Shown here: positions 48,503 to 59,900 of the stretch, piece by piece | How positions within the stretch are numbered: the first letter of the stretch is position 1 | Layout of the letters: each line of letters begins with the position of its first letter | Source of the DNA: Squalus acanthias | Taxonomy: Eukaryota | NCBI GenBank assembly: GCA_030390025.1 | Contig: CM059432.1 | Span: 150,600,001-150,664,000 of the forward strand | DNA: 64,000 nucleotides | Direction of reading: 5' to 3' | Translations under genes and position numbers: made by a program | Notes under the pieces: model-generated | The model's input: only the letters and a program-made list of their open reading frames with translations | What the model was told of the DNA's origin: nothing | Databases searched by the model: none

Positions 48503-51500
48503 CATAAGAACATAAGAAATAGGAGCTGGAGTCGGCCATTTGGCCCCTCAAGCCTGCTCCGCCATTCAATATGATCATGACTGATCTTCTACCTCCACTC
48601 CACTTTCCTGCACTATCCCCATATCCCTTGATTCCCTTAATATCCAAAAATCTATCGATCTCTGTCTTGAATATACTCAACGACTGAGGATCCACAACTC
48701 TCTGGGGTAGAGAATTCCAAAGTTTCACCACCCTCTGAGTGAAGAAATTTCTCCTCATCTCAGTCCTAAATGGCCGACCCCTTATTCTGAGACTGTGACC
48801 CCTGGTTCTAGACTCCCCAGCCAGGGGAAACATCCTCCCTGCATCTACCCTGTCAAGCCCTGTAAGAATTTTGTATGTTTCAATGAGATCACCTCTCATT
48901 CTTCGAAACTCTAGAGAATATATGCCTAGTCTATTCAATCTGTCCTCATAGGACAATCCCCCCATCCCAGGAACCAGTCTGGTGAACCTTCGTTGCACTC
49001 ACTCTATGGCAAGTATATTCTTCCTTAGGTAAGGAGACCAAAAACTGTACACAATACTCCAGGTGGGGTCTCACCAGGGCCTGATATAATTGCAGTAAGA
49101 CATCTTTACTCTTATATTCAAATCCTCTTGCAATAAAGGCCAACATACCATTTGCTTTCCTAATTGATTGTTGTACCTGCATGTTAACTTTCAGTGATGC
49201 ATGTACAAGGACACCCAGGTCCCTCGGAACACCAACATTTCCCAATCTCTCACCATTTAAAAAATACTCTGCTTTTCTATTTTTCCTACCAAAGTGGATA
49301 ACCACATATCTCCACATTATATTCCATTTGCCATGTTCTTGCCCACTCACTTAGCTTGTCTATATCCCCTTCAAGCCTCTTTGCATCCTCCTCACAACTT
49401 ACATTCCCACCCAGCTTTGTATCATCAGCAAACTTGGATATATTACATTTGGTCCCCTCATCCAAATCATTGATGTAGATTGTGGATAGCTAAGGCCCAA
49501 GCACTGATCCTTGTGGTACCCCACTAGTTACAGCCTGCCAACCCGAAAATGACCCCTTTATTCGCACTCTCTGTTTTCTGTCCGTTAACCATTCCTCAAT
49601 CCATGCTAGTACATTACCCCCAATCCCGTGAGCCCTAATTTTGTTTAATAATCTTTTGCGTGGCACCTTATCGAATGCCTTCTGCAAATCCAAATACACC
49701 ACATCCACTGGTTTCCCCCCTTATCTATTCTTTATAACAACCTCAAAAACTCTAAGATTCGTCAAACACGATTTCCATTTCATAAATCAGTGTTGACTCT
49801 GCCCAATCCTATTATTATTTTCTAAGTGCCCTGTTACCACGTCCTTAATAATAGATTCTAGCATTTTCCCTACTACTGATGTCAGGCTAACTGGTCTGTA
49901 GTTCCCCGTTTTCTCTCTCCATCCTTTCTGAAATAGTGGGGTCACATTTGCTACCTTCCAATCCGTGGGAACCATTCCAGAATCTATGGAATTTTGGAAA
50001 ATGACAACCAATGCATCCACTATCTCTATAGCCACCTCTTTCAAAACCCTAGGATGTAGGCCATCAGGTCCAGGGGATTTATCGGCATTCCGTCCCATTA
50101 ATTTCTCCAGTAGTATTTTTTTTACTGATACTAATTTCTTTCAGTTCCTCATTCTTGCTAGACCCTTGGTTCTCCACTATTTCCAGGAAGGTTTTTGCGT
50201 CTTCTTCCGTGAAGACAGACACAAAGGGCGCGATCTTGCCAGCCCTGGGGAGGCGGGTATGGAGGTAGGACTGCTGGGAAAAGGGCAGAATCTGGAGGCG
50301 GGTGCACACCAGCCACCAACCGGCCTCCGTGCCATCTTGCCAGGAGGCGGATAGCCAACCCGCGCTGAGTCCCGTCTCCTTGAAGGCGGGAAGGGGATTA
50401 GTGCCATTTATCTGCCTGTTAGCAGGTAGTTAACAGGCAGATAAGAGGATTATCCCCATTTTGACCCACACAAGTGCGGGCTTCCCGAAGGCTGCGAACC
50501 CCGCCAGGGTCACCGAGGCGAGTAGTGGATCTGTGGGAGTCGGAGGGGTGCAAAAGTGCGCTGTGAAGGTAAGTGATGGTTGCAAGTGTGGAGAGGTAAG
50601 TATGTGAGGTGAGTGGTAAGTGTTAGTAAAAGTTTACTTACCTTTGTTTCTTCCTGCAGGCTTCAGAGTTGGGTATGCGGAGAGTCTCACACCTCCGCGG
50701 CAGAGATGACAGATGGCCGTTGCATTCTCCAATGCAGCAACCATCTAATTTCTGCTAAAGAAAGAGATTTGATGAGTCTTGAATTCAAGAACTCATCAAA
50801 CTACAGAGAACGTCAGTGTTTGACAGCTTCACAGAGCTGTCAAACGATGACAATTCATCTGTCAAATTAATGCCATACGCTGACGTTTTCTGTAACCGGC
50901 TTTCCCTTAATTGGCCTGCTAAGCCCGCTGGGCGGGCTTAACAAGGTCAATCAAGGGAAAATAGCGTGGGTTGGCTAGAAGTTGATGGAGGCGGGACTAA
51001 AACCCGACAAGTGGGAGTCCCGCCTCCAAAAGCTCCCCATTGGCAAAATCCAGCCCAAAGTATTTGTTTAATTTCTCTGCCATTTCCTTATTCCCTATTA
51101 TAATTTCTCCTGTCTTAGCCTGTAAGGGACCCACATTTACTTTTGCTAACCTTTTCCTTTTTACATACCTATAGAAGCTTTTACAGTCTGTTTTTATGTC
51201 TCTCGCTAGTTTACTTTCATATTCTATTTTCCCTTTCTTTATCAGTTTCTTGGTCCTCCTTTGCTGAATTCTAAAATCCTCCCAATTCTCAGGCTTACTA
51301 ATCTTTCTGGCAACATTATAAGCCTCTCCCTTTGATATAATACTATCTTTAACTTCTCTTGTTAGCCACGGTTGGACCACTTTTCCTGTGGGGTTTTTGT
51401 GCCTTAAAGGAATGTATATTTGTTGTAAATTATGTATTAATTCTTTAAATGCTAGCCATTGCTTCTCTACCATCATGCCTTTTAATGTAGTTTCCCAATC

Positions 51501-51990
51501 TACCTTAGCCAACTCGCCCCTCATACCTACGTAGTTTGCTTTGTTTAGATTTAAGTCCCTAGTTTCGGATTTAACTAAATCACTTTCAAACTCAATATAA
51601 AATTCTACCATATTACGGTCACTCTTCCCTAAAGGCCCCTTTACTACAAGGTTATTAATTAACCCTTTCTCGTTGCACAATACTAGATCTAAAATAGCCT
51701 GTTCCCTTGTTGGTTCCTCAACATACTGATCTAGAAAACTATCTTGCATACATTCCATGAATTCGTCCTCCACACTATTACTGCAAATTTGGTTTGCCCA
51801 GTCTATATGTAGATTAAAGTCCCCCATGATTACTGTATTATCCTTGTTACATACGCCTCTAATTTCCTGATTTATACTCTGCCCTACATTACAACTACTG
51901 TTTGGGGCCCTATAAACAACTCCTTGCTGTTTCTTAGCTCTACCCAAACTGATTCTACTTCTTGATTTTCAGAGCTAAGATCCTTTCTCT
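48503..51990 (-). mobile_element. CR1 LINE ORF2 and 3'UTR; inverted sister of 40700-43394
   Basis: ORFs 50997-51947, 49787-50098 and 48447-48998 nearly match those at 40568-43379. Confidence 0.92.
50226..51056. mobile_element. Harbinger-type MITE inserted in CR1
   Basis: TIRs GGGCGCGATCTTGCCA / TGGCAAAATCCAGCCC; 3-bp TSD AAA; CR1 sequence is continuous across it. Confidence 0.9.
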
Positions 51991-52502
51991 CTTACTGTAC
52001 TATGGCAGGTTCACCCTTTCCGGCGCATGGATAGATAGTGGCCTAATCTGGTTGAGGGACTGTCACACCTCCCCAGATGCAGCCAACGCAGAATTCATTG
52101 AACTTCTGGCATCAGGGAGAGGCTCGTTAATCAAATGATGCTGACAGGCAGAACAGCAGTGTTATACCTATAAGTTAAACATCATGCTAGAATAAGTGCA
52201 GTAACCTGGAGGAAGCTTCTAGGGTGTCATTTAATGGGGGAGGGACAGATTGCTTTATAAATGATATCAGAACCCAGAAACTGAATTATAGCTTCAGCAG
52301 GTTATCTTCCCAAACATATCGCAGCAGCATCTGATGCAAGTACAATCATGATGGATAAGAGTTGAGACAGGAAGATTTTTCCACAATGGATGTTCAAATC
52401 ATAAAATTGGTAGAAAACCAAAAGCATTGTCATATGTCTCAGAAATACTGAACAGTTCGAGATCCCAAAGGTTCCAATAACAATAGTTGGTCATTTTTGA
52501 GT

Positions 52503-52675
52503 TGACCGGACGTCTCCCCATCCACCAGGATCTCAACAACGACCCTCATCACCGCCTGATGTCGCACAAGCCATTTTGGACCCACACGCTTAACCTTTGA
52601 CAATGCGACTTCAACCCTGAGGATGCTGGGAAAACCGAGTGGAGTTCACAAGAAGTCATAAACAAACACCTCATG
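52503..52675 (+). mobile_element. Old RTE/RTEX-like ORF2 C-terminal fragment
   Basis: Translates to LPIHQDLNNDPHHRLMSHKPFW...EWSSQEVINKHL, resembling the LPIH..L...RLKSRKPFW motif; recognised from memory only. Confidence 0.4.
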
Positions 52676-52717
52676 TTATCTTTCTGTGAGGTGTCACTCT
52701 CTATGCTTTCTCAATTG

Positions 52718-53350
52718 ACCCAGCAGTCAAGGACATACAGCCTCGGATCTGCTGGTAAGCGTTCTCCAAGGCGGCCTTAGAAACACACGACAACGCAAAA
52801 TCATCGAGCAGAAACTGATAGCCAAGTTCTGCACTCATGAGGACGGCCTCAACCGGGATCTTGGGTTTATGTCACGATACATGACGTGATCCAGACTCGA
52901 GTCGTCGTTGGCTTGTTCACAGATGTGATTCCCAGTAAAAAAGTTAAAATTTTAAAGTTTATCGTTCTTTGGTCGGGTCTGCGGGTAGCTGTCTGTAGTG
53001 TTCCAGCTTTTGACACGTTAGACCCCCTGTAACTCCACCTCATTGTCTCAGTTGTATCTTGCTATGTCTTTGATGTGGTACCTTCCTGGCTGACCTGATT
53101 GCCTTTTGTCACACCTCGGCAGATAAACAGTCAGGATGATTTAAATATAGTCGTCTGCCATTGTAAGTTACACATGCATTGTTCTCTATCTATATATGCT
53201 TTGTCGATTCTGTATTTCTTTACTTCGCCTGACGAAGGAGCAGCAGCTCCGAAAGCTTGTGATTTCAAATAAAACTGTTGGACTTTAACCTGGTGTTGTG
53301 CGACTTCTCATTTTTGTCCACCCCAGTCCAACACCGGCATCTCCGCATCA
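52718..53350 (+). mobile_element. 5'-truncated Penelope-like element (GIY-YIG C-terminus plus pLTR)
   Basis: SQGHTASDLLVSVLQGGLRNTRQRKIIEQKLIAKFCTHEDGLNRD; 10-bp TSD TTCTCAATTG at 52708-52717 and 53351-53360; AATAAA at about 53268. Confidence 0.85.
53225..53262 (+). ncRNA. Minimal type I hammerhead ribozyme motif
   Basis: TCGC-CTGACGA-A-GGAGC-AGCA-GCTCC-GAAA-GC-TT-GTGA: stem I TCGC/GTGA, stem II GGAGC/GCTCC, palindromic AAGCTT at stem III. Confidence 0.75.
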
Positions 53351-53741
53351 TTCTCAATTGTTGTAAGTGTTATAGGGGATGCTTTAGATAGCATTTCACA
53401 CTGCTAACAGTGTTCACCACATCATCTTGTACATCTTCTCAGGAATTTTGATACCCAAGGAGCAGGAATCCAACAGGATTTGGAATGCGAACATGGCTTA
53501 ATTCACTGTTAACATGAAGTTAAACAGAAAAAGCACTAAGTTGGTCCTTTGCTGCTAAATGCAGGAAATTATACCAAATATACTTCCCATATAGCCGTAA
53601 TGGCTATACTAGGACAATTCTGTCATAGAATCCTTAGCAAACAGGAAATACAGTGCAAGGCATTATCCTTAAATTACCAAAGGCCGTAATGAAGATCTGA
53701 ATACTGATCTCGGATCAAAATGAAAATCTAAAATAAAAGTA

Positions 53742-54105
53742 CAGGAAACTCTTTATTAACCGGCACCCAAATATCCGGAAATCTCTCTTAACCGGCAAAA
53801 TTCTTGAGTAGGTAACCGGGGTTTTCCTTCATCTCTCGTTTAAAATTAACTTTAAAAAACACCCCGAGGCGTTTGCCTTGTATCGGAGCGTGTAGATTGG
53901 GAGGGGAATGTGCAGCCCGGGTAGGCAGTGGACACGACAGATGGTCAGCTGGCGGTCCCCGGGGAGACGGAGCTCCGAATGCAGGCGCATGTCAATGTGT
54001 ACAGGGCTCTCGTACGTTGGGAGATATAACTCTCCGTTATCCGGACTTTTTGATTAACCGGCACCACGCCGGTCCCGTCGGTGCCGGTTAATAAAGAGTT
54101 TCCTG
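53742..54105. mobile_element. Tc1/mariner (Tigger/pogo-like) MITE, 364 bp, copy 2
   Basis: Same perfect TIRs and TA duplications as 9013-9376; about six substitutions by eye. Confidence 0.95.
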
Positions 54106-54470
54106 TACAAGCCTTACGTCTGTCTAATTTAGAACTATAAAGCCGACTATCACATCTCAGATTTAAACATTGGAAGAAAAACCTCCATTCTCAACACTCT
54201 CAGACTGCCAGTGTAAGCATAATTATAGTTAAGTTGATGGTAAACTAGGGTTGTACACTAACAAGGAAATTAGCGTGTTCTTGGTGTGTTTATTCAAATG
54301 GTGGTATTCAAAGCAAAATCATCATTGGATACTTATTTCAAATGCTATTTATAACCAGCCACAGTAGATATTGAATTGTGAAAGGTGCATTACTTCCTTC
54401 ATTGAGTTACTGAGGGAAGTAATTATACGTTAGCCCATTCATTTATGGAATATCAAGCTTGGTTGATTAC

Positions 54471-54560
54471 TTTTGAATAATAATTCTCTTGTCCTGGACT
54501 TTAAATCGTGTAAATTTAGTAATGATGGAGCTCAACAATTTTCTGCTCATCATGCCAACT
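54471..54560 (-). CDS. Putative host-gene exon A (VGMMSRKLLSSIITKFTRFKVQDKRIIIQ), ends in phase 2; may contain the start codon
   Basis: Minus strand reads gtgtgtgttatgcag|AGTTGGCATG...TTCAAAA|gtaatc; 90 nt; only one frame is open. Confidence 0.45.
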
Positions 54561-55561
54561 CTGCATAACACACACGGTAACCACACAGATAGATGTAGAT
54601 GCAGCAAGTGCCCGAGGACAGTGATAGCACTTTGATAGCACAACTTCAAGATAAGCCACATATATGCAATTCCAACCTACTATGCTGTACGACAATCAGT
54701 ACTTCTACAATTCCTTTAAGCCCATTGTGATTTAGCTATATGGTGATAATATTTTCTTACTTAACCTCAAATTTGTCTTTGGTGTGAAAGGTAAATAAAG
54801 GTGAACCAGAAAAAAAAAGGTAATAAAAATTAATTGAAATAACATATAACCTATTATATGAAGCCTTAACTCAATTATACCACAAGTGATTTTTGAATAG
54901 CATTAAATGGAACAACTTGAAATTAACATTGCAGATTTAGACTTCATCAAGACGAATATACAAAGTATATCTATTTTACAAATGTTACATCTGTATGCAC
55001 TTCCTATCAACTTTTCCCATTATATATTCCTATGTCTACATTTATATTGGAAACTGTATGTAAACTTGTCATGCTGTAATTACATCCTCCCACCAGTTTA
55101 CATTATAAATGTGGACATAGGAAATATAATGGAGCCATAAAAAAATTAAGGATTGGAATTATGACTACAAATGGAGATTAAATTACATACGCCCACCCTG
55201 ATCCAAGTATCCTCTGCCCTCTCACCCCATTTCAGCTGAAGACCACACTTGGTATTTGCTCCCCATGTGCAATGCCAAGGGAGACTGACTAGTATTTTAA
55301 GAATTAAATCACTGAACCGTAATCTCTCGGCTTTCATAAAGCAGATTAAAAGACTAAACTGACCATTAACCTGCCAATCTAGGTTAAATTACAGGTACAG
55401 TGAAGCAAACAATGATTTTTTTCCAAAGAAACAGTAAATTATAACTAGTAAATGGCCTGGAAATTGCCCCAATTTCAACTAAAGCTTTATTAACTGTAGC
55501 TATAGTTTGTGGCAGCAGCACTGGGTTTTTCTACAGATGCATTCGAACACCCCATGTCATC

Positions 55562-57545
55562 AACATAGAATCATAGGAACTCTCAGCAGAGAAGGCGGCC
55601 ATTCAGCCCATCGTGCCTGTGCTGGCTCTTTGAAAGAGCAGTCGTGTTTAGTCCCACATCCCCGCTTTTTGTCCTTAACCCTGCAAGTTCCTCATCCTCA
55701 AGCACCTGCCCAATTCCTTTTTTAATTTATGGAATCAGCTTCCACCACCTTTTCAGGTAGAGCGTTCCAGAACCCAACAGATCTGAGTGAATATCTATAG
55801 GCCTAGAAATTTGATAAGGCTGGAAAATGGCTGGTGACACCACGAACCAAGGCTAACGGCCGCCCGCAAAAAGAGCGCAGGCAGCACCGATATTTTGGTG
55901 CTGCCTGCTGATTTTCATGAGCGGAGCGGAGAAGCTCTTGTGCAACGCTATCTTTCCGGCGCTAACCTCAGCAGGAGGCCGAAGGTCGCGTCTGAAGGAT
56001 CGGTGCGACGTTCTCGGGCAATGTGCTGTTTCGGATCATTTGGTGATGGTTCCTGGGCTTTGCTGGGTCAGGAGGTATCGAGTCCGTTGATATCCTTTGT
56101 AGGGTTGGAGCATTTTGCGTTGTGGCACATTAGGAGGTATTTGTTTGTCCAAGGCTCCCCTCTTACTTTCGCGGACATTTGTCCGTGTCTTGTGTGGGGT
56201 CCACAAATGGGTGCCAGACTGCCTGGTACTCCCACCTTCGCTGGCTGCCACAGCTCCTCAGATGTCTCACCCAGATGGTTGCTGTGTAGAGGTTTGTACT
56301 CCAGCATGGTGCTGGAGGGAGAGGGGATGGGGACGCACCGCCTTGCTGATAGCAGTGACAGTGCACTAGCCTGCAGATCGTAGAGGGCATTCACTCGCTG
56401 GTGAGTGGCTCTTAAAGCACAGGCTCAGATCTGGAGGGACTGTGACTGGAAACACCGCATAAAGACTGGCATAGATGTCCTTAAACCGTTGCATGAGACA
56501 TCAATGGAAATACACTTTTTTTTTTTAAAAAGGGGAACATGGAGCTCTTGGTCAAGTGTTTACTGGTGTAAATGGTGTAGAGGAGAGTTCAATTACATTT
56601 TTAACAGCAGACTTTTGAAGAACTCTTGATGAAAATATGGTGTTAAGCCTTTTAAAAACAGACTTCCAAACTTTGCATTTTATTTTACCGGTTCCTAAAC
56701 TGGAAAAACCAATGTATAAAATTTAAGGAAATGCAGTTTTGCTTTTTTTCCTGAGATTCTTACAACTGTAGTACAGTATAGTTTATTTTAAAAGTATTTA
56801 CTGTAATGTTTGACTGACCGGGGGAGGGGGAGATTTGATGTCTCTCACTGGAAGCAGTTTTCACTCCAATTACATAGTCGGAGCTCTCCATAGTTACCAG
56901 TTATCCCAACAGCTGTTTACTGTACGGGTTACAGCTCACCGTCGCTTTCTCCCGCCTCTACACGCTGTCAATGGCTGCACGCACGGGCGTGCTTTGGAGA
57001 GGGCAGTAAGAGGAGCGGCGAGCTCCAGAATGGATGAGCGTGCATCAATTCAATATTGCATGCCCACTGGCGTCACGTTCCTGCTAATTAAAATACTTGC
57101 AATGAGCACAGACAACGGCAGCACTGCCGTTCTGCCAAAAATGGCGGCCACCCCGGGACCCGCCAGAAGTGAGGCGGCTGCCATTTTTTTCAGCAAAACG
57201 GGCCTTGACGGCCACAGCCAAACCCTCCAATTTGTAGGCCATAATCTCAGGTTATTGACCCACTTGCCAGAGGGAATAGCTTTTCTCTAACTACTCTATC
57301 AAAACCTCTCATCATCTTGAAAATCTCTATTAGGTCTCCTATTAACCTTCTCTGTTCCAAGGAGAACAGTCCTAACTTTTCCAACTTCTCCTCATAACTG
57401 AAGTCCCTCATCCCTGGTAACATCCGGGTAAACCTCCTCTGTACCCTTTATAAGGCCTTGACATCGTTCCTGAAGTGTGGGGCCCAGAACTGTCCACAAT
57501 ACCCCAGCTGAGACCTAACCAGTGATTTATAAAGTTCTAGCATAC
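55562..57545 (-). mobile_element. CR1 3' fragment split by a Harbinger insertion
   Basis: Tail at 55562-55790; QLGYCGQFWAPHFR coding at 57244-57545. Confidence 0.8.
55800..57240. mobile_element. Non-autonomous Harbinger with decayed transposase traces
   Basis: TIRs GGCCTAGAAATT / AATTTGTAGGCC; 3-bp TSD ATA; minus-strand YKGYQRTRYLLT resembles DKGYP..WLLT. Confidence 0.75.
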
Positions 57546-57549
57546 ACCA

Positions 57550-59252
57550 GTAAATTAAGCTGTGAAGAATGATGCCAGCAGAATACCAAGGGCGTGACGA
57601 GAATGAGGAACTTAAAGAAATTATTAGTAAAAAAACAGTACTCGCAAAATTAATGGGACTCAAAAGTCGATAAATCACAAGGACCGGATGATCTACATCC
57701 GAGGGCTTTGAAAGAGGTGGCCATTGGAATAGAGGACGTGTTGGTTGTCATCTTACAAAATTCTATAGATTCTGGAACGGTTCCTGCAGATTGGAGGATA
57801 GCAAATGTAAACCCCGCTATATAAGAAAGGAGGGAGAGAGAAAACGGGGAACTACAGACCTGTTAGCCTCACATCAGTAGTTGGGAAAATGCTGGAATCT
57901 ATTATAAAGGATGCAATAACTGGGCACTTAGAAACTAATAGTAAGATTGGGCAGAGTCAACATGGATTTATGAAAGGGAAATCCTGTTTGACAAACCTAT
58001 TGGAGTTCTTTGAGGATGTAACTAGTGGAGCAGACAAAGGGGAACCGGTAGATGTGGTGTATCTGGATTTTCAGAAGGCCTTCGATAAGGTCCCACACAA
58101 GAGGCTGGTGAACAAAATTAGGGCACATTGAATTGGGGGCAATATACTAGGATGGATTGAGAATTGGTTAACAGACAGAAAACAAACAGTAGGGATAAAC
58201 GGGTCTTTTTCAGGATGGCAGGCTGTGACTAGTGGGGTACCGCAAGGATTGGTGCTTGGGCCCCAGCTATTCACAATCTATATCAATGATTTGGATGAGG
58301 GGACTAAATGTAACATTTCCAAATTTGCTGATGATACAAAGCTAGGTGGCAGTGTCAGTTGCGAAGAGGATGTGAAGAGGCTTCAAGGGGATCTCGACAG
58401 GCTCAGTGAGTGGGCGAGAACATGGCAGATGGAATATAATGTGGATAAATGTGAAGTTATCCACTTTGGTAGAAAAAACAGAAAGGCAGAGTATTTCCTA
58501 AATGGTGAAAGATTGGGGAATGCAGATGCTCAAAAGGGACCTGGGTGTCCTTGTACATGAGTCACTGAAAGTGAATGTGCAGGTGCAGCAAGCCATTAGG
58601 AAGGCAAATGGTATGCTGGCCTTCATTACAAGAGGATTTGAGTACAGGAGTAAAGAAGTCTTACTCCAATTATATAGGGCCTTGGTGACACCACACCTGG
58701 AGTACTGTGTACAATTTTGGTCTCCATACCTAAGGAAGGATATACTTGCCATAGAGGGAGTGCAACGAAGGTTCACGAGATTGATTCCTGGGATGGCGGG
58801 ACTGTCGTATGAGAAGAGATTGAGTAAACTAGGCCTGTATTCTCTTGAATTCAGAAGAATGAGAGGGGATCTCATTGAAGCATACAAAATTATTACAGGG
58901 CTTGATAGGATGCATGCTGGGAGAATGTTTCCCTTGGCTGGGGAGTCTAGAACCAGGGGCCACAGCCTCAAGATAAAGGGTAGGCCATTCAGGACTGAGA
59001 TGAGAAGAAATTTCTTCACACAGAGGGTGGTGAATCTTTGGAATTCTCTACCCCAGAGGGCTGTGGAGGCTCAGTCATTGGGTATATTCAAAACAGAAGT
59101 CGATAGATTTCTGACTAGTAAGGGCATCAAGGGATATGGCAATAGGGCCGGTGAATGGAGTTGAGGCAGAAGATCAGCCATGATCTCATTGAATGGCGGA
59201 GCAGGCTCGAAGGGCCGAAGGGCCTACTCCTGCTCATATTTCTTATGTTCTT
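57550..59252 (+). mobile_element. CR1 RT region and 3'UTR
   Basis: DFQKAFDKV, FADD, LEYCVQFWSP; tail ttcttatgttctta. Confidence 0.92.
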
Positions 59253-59444
59253 AATTTACAACTATAGTAAAAGCAAAATTGGCAAAAGCAGCAAAGCAAA
59301 ATACAAAACCAAATTTATTAAAAAAGACAGAAGTTGTAATGTTTTGGCTGAGACCAGACCTTCTTAACAGAAATATACTGTATAATTTAAAGTATCAATG
59401 TAGGGAGAGGAGAGTGAAGAAGAAGAAACACCGTCACTGATTTC

Positions 59445-59900
59445 ACAGTCCCAGCCACCAACTCCTCAAGGTCGTCCTGCAGAGGCCATTTGCAGTGTCC
59501 CCAACTGAAGGTCAGCAGCCGTCCACCAGCTATGCTGCAGCCACTGGGGTAGCACTGCGTAACATCACTAGGATAGGCAAAGGCACACTCAAGATAGGCA
59601 CTAAGGGAATGCACAAGGGTGATGAGTTGATTTTTTGATGTAATATTGGATGGATAGATAAAGTTGGATTGGAAAGTTTGCTTTTATTTCAGCATTGTGG
59701 CCAAGAGAACGCTGGGATGGTCAGTAACAGATGGAAGGTAAAGTGTGGGACAAATGTTGAAAGGGGAATTGGGGTTGTGTTTACTGGTACCGCAGGCGGA
59801 TGATTCGATCCCAGATATCCCAGCCAGAAAGGGGCTGTCTGGGTTGCCTCCTTCCTTCAGCTTCATCCTCTTCCCTCTGCGAGCAGCTTGTGCCCTTTGC
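59445..59900. mobile_element. Harbinger internal fragment (junction of the convergent gene ends)
   Basis: Homologous to 28395-28800 and 60630-61060. Confidence 0.7.

Noticed and set aside
50997..51947. 316-aa ORF as an intact gene or active LINE
   Set aside because: It is a CR1 ORF2 piece cut by a MITE; downstream RT is frameshifted; no intact autonomous element was seen in the window
463..54560. Naming the host gene (loose resemblances to SMCHD1, TERB1, TEX14 and NUDT13 segments)
   Set aside because: Only a few scattered residues match from memory, and the matches are not collinear; no symbol assigned
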